A stretch of 64,000 nt of DNA from Chiloscyllium plagiosum. Lineage: Eukaryota. The notes under the pieces are model-generated. The model made no database searches. It saw nothing but the letters and a program-made list of their open reading frames with translations, and had not been told where the DNA came from. The DNA lies in contig NC_057719.1 in the NCBI RefSeq assembly GCF_004010195.1, forward strand, positions 23,006,618 to 23,070,617, read 5' to 3'. This document shows, piece after piece, positions 62,748-64,000 of the stretch (position 1 is its first letter; each line of letters starts with the position of its first letter). The translations under genes were made by a program, and so were the position numbers.

Positions 62748-62920
62748 CAGAGGAACCTCAATTATCTGGCATTTGATTATCCGAATGTCGGATTGACCGG
62801 CAAGATCGCAAGGTCCGGATGCTTTGCTAAACTATGTTACCTGGCATTCGATTATCCGGAATTCAATTAACTGAAAAAAATACTCCCCACCCATGTCCTT
62901 TGGATAATCGAGGTTCCTCT
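62748..62920. mobile_element. Tigger-like MITE, inverted relative to 54886-55061
   Basis: TA-CAGAGGAACCTC...GAGGTTCCTCT; internal sequence is the reverse complement of the other copy. Confidence 0.82.
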
Positions 62921-63074
62921 CTTTTTTCTCTTCTGCTGCTCGAGTAGAGCCCTGCCACCAATCTTACTTTATTAGCTGATCCTAAAGGCTTGTCTTATTT
63001 AGCAGTGGTAAGTGTTGAACAACTATAGAGTTTCAAAAAAAAGAGATATTTGCTTTAATATAGTTAATTGTATG

Positions 63075-63261
63075 TGTTGAGAGTGTGTTGCTGGAAAAGC
63101 ACAGCAAGTCAGGCAGAATCTGAGGAGCTGGAAAATCGACGTTTCGGGCCGGAGCCCTTCAGGGTGATTTTCCTGCTCCTCGATTCTGCCTGACTTGCTG
63201 TGCTTTTCCAGCAATACACTCTCAACTATGATCTCCAGTATCTGCAGACCTCACTGTTTCC
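63075..63261. mobile_element. Penelope-like terminal fold-back insertion (family A, copy 6)
   Basis: ~60 bp inverted arms. TSD tagttaattgtatg (63061-63074) / tagttaattgcatg (63262-63275). Confidence 0.88.
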
Positions 63262-64000
63262 TAGTTAATTGCATGACAGCAGTAAGTGTAGACTTAATTA
63301 CAAAGACTATCAGAGATGACACTAAAGTAAGTACAAGAAGAATTGGAGGAAGGTTGCAGAATGAGAGAGATTGAAAAGGTCACAGGTGTCACAGTAAAAC
63401 GTGTTCTGGACATGCCATATGTGCATTCAATGAACAGCTAAACCCAAACCAATCTAGAGTAAAGCTGAGCTGGGAAAATTGGCCATGCCTCTTTTATTGT
63501 ACAAGTGTTTTTTTTCAACTTTAAAGCCTTTTCAAGCAGATCAACCCCAGACATTTTGGAACTTGTGTCTTTATGACCTCCTGAAAATAAAACCAGGACA
63601 GCATAACTTTGTTAAAGGAGTAGCTTCATCATGCAAAGGGAGTGGTAATGTTATGTTTCTGTCCTCATGGATGCTGCCCAGACCTGCTGAGCTTCTCCAA
63701 TACTTTGTTTGTATCAGAGATTACACATTCGTTCCATCCGAACATCAGGCCAGATTGCTTCTTTCATATCCAAAGAGTGTGAGGCATCATCAGATTGAGT
63801 GGAGCTTTATGCAGCTTCTGCATTAACTCTTTTGGAACTATTACATTATGCAGCAGAAGATGATTGTTCAGGGAGCAGACAAACATTCATGTGACTAGAA
63901 ATAGCCAAGATGGCATATTGTTTTCCTGCTACCAGGTGGACAAGGTGAAAAGTCATTGGTATGGTCCATATCAGTATGAGATGAGGTCTTGCAGTGAGAA

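Overview
AT-rich eukaryotic genomic DNA, almost certainly from a shark. The HE1-type tRNA-derived SINEs with (AATCT)n tails and the HER1/CR1 LINE 3' ends point to an elasmobranch; a bamboo-shark-like orectolobiform is my inference. The window reads as intronic or intergenic, and no complete protein-coding gene is visible. The ORFs I could interpret are mostly decayed transposon remnants: CR1/HER1, Rex1/Babar-like, L2/CR1-like, Tx1/L1-like, Penelope-like, Harbinger, Ty3/Gypsy, Tigger-like MITEs and Deu-domain SINEs. The most notable signal is a family of ~140-235 bp fold-back insertions derived from Penelope-like element (PLE) termini, each flanked by a 9-16 bp target-site duplication. They carry minimal hammerhead-ribozyme motifs (CTGATGA-stem II-GAAAC-GTC). 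One copy (54497-54731) is a near-perfect palindrome with an intact core on each strand, and the inversion junctions of all six copies fall in or beside the ribozyme. Also notable are a pair of RFX X-boxes just upstream of a candidate 72-nt first coding exon on the minus strand (13313-13242), and a family of LINE-tailed non-autonomous elements, one carrying a higher-order minisatellite. Repeat boundaries are approximate and family names were assigned by eye, not by database search.
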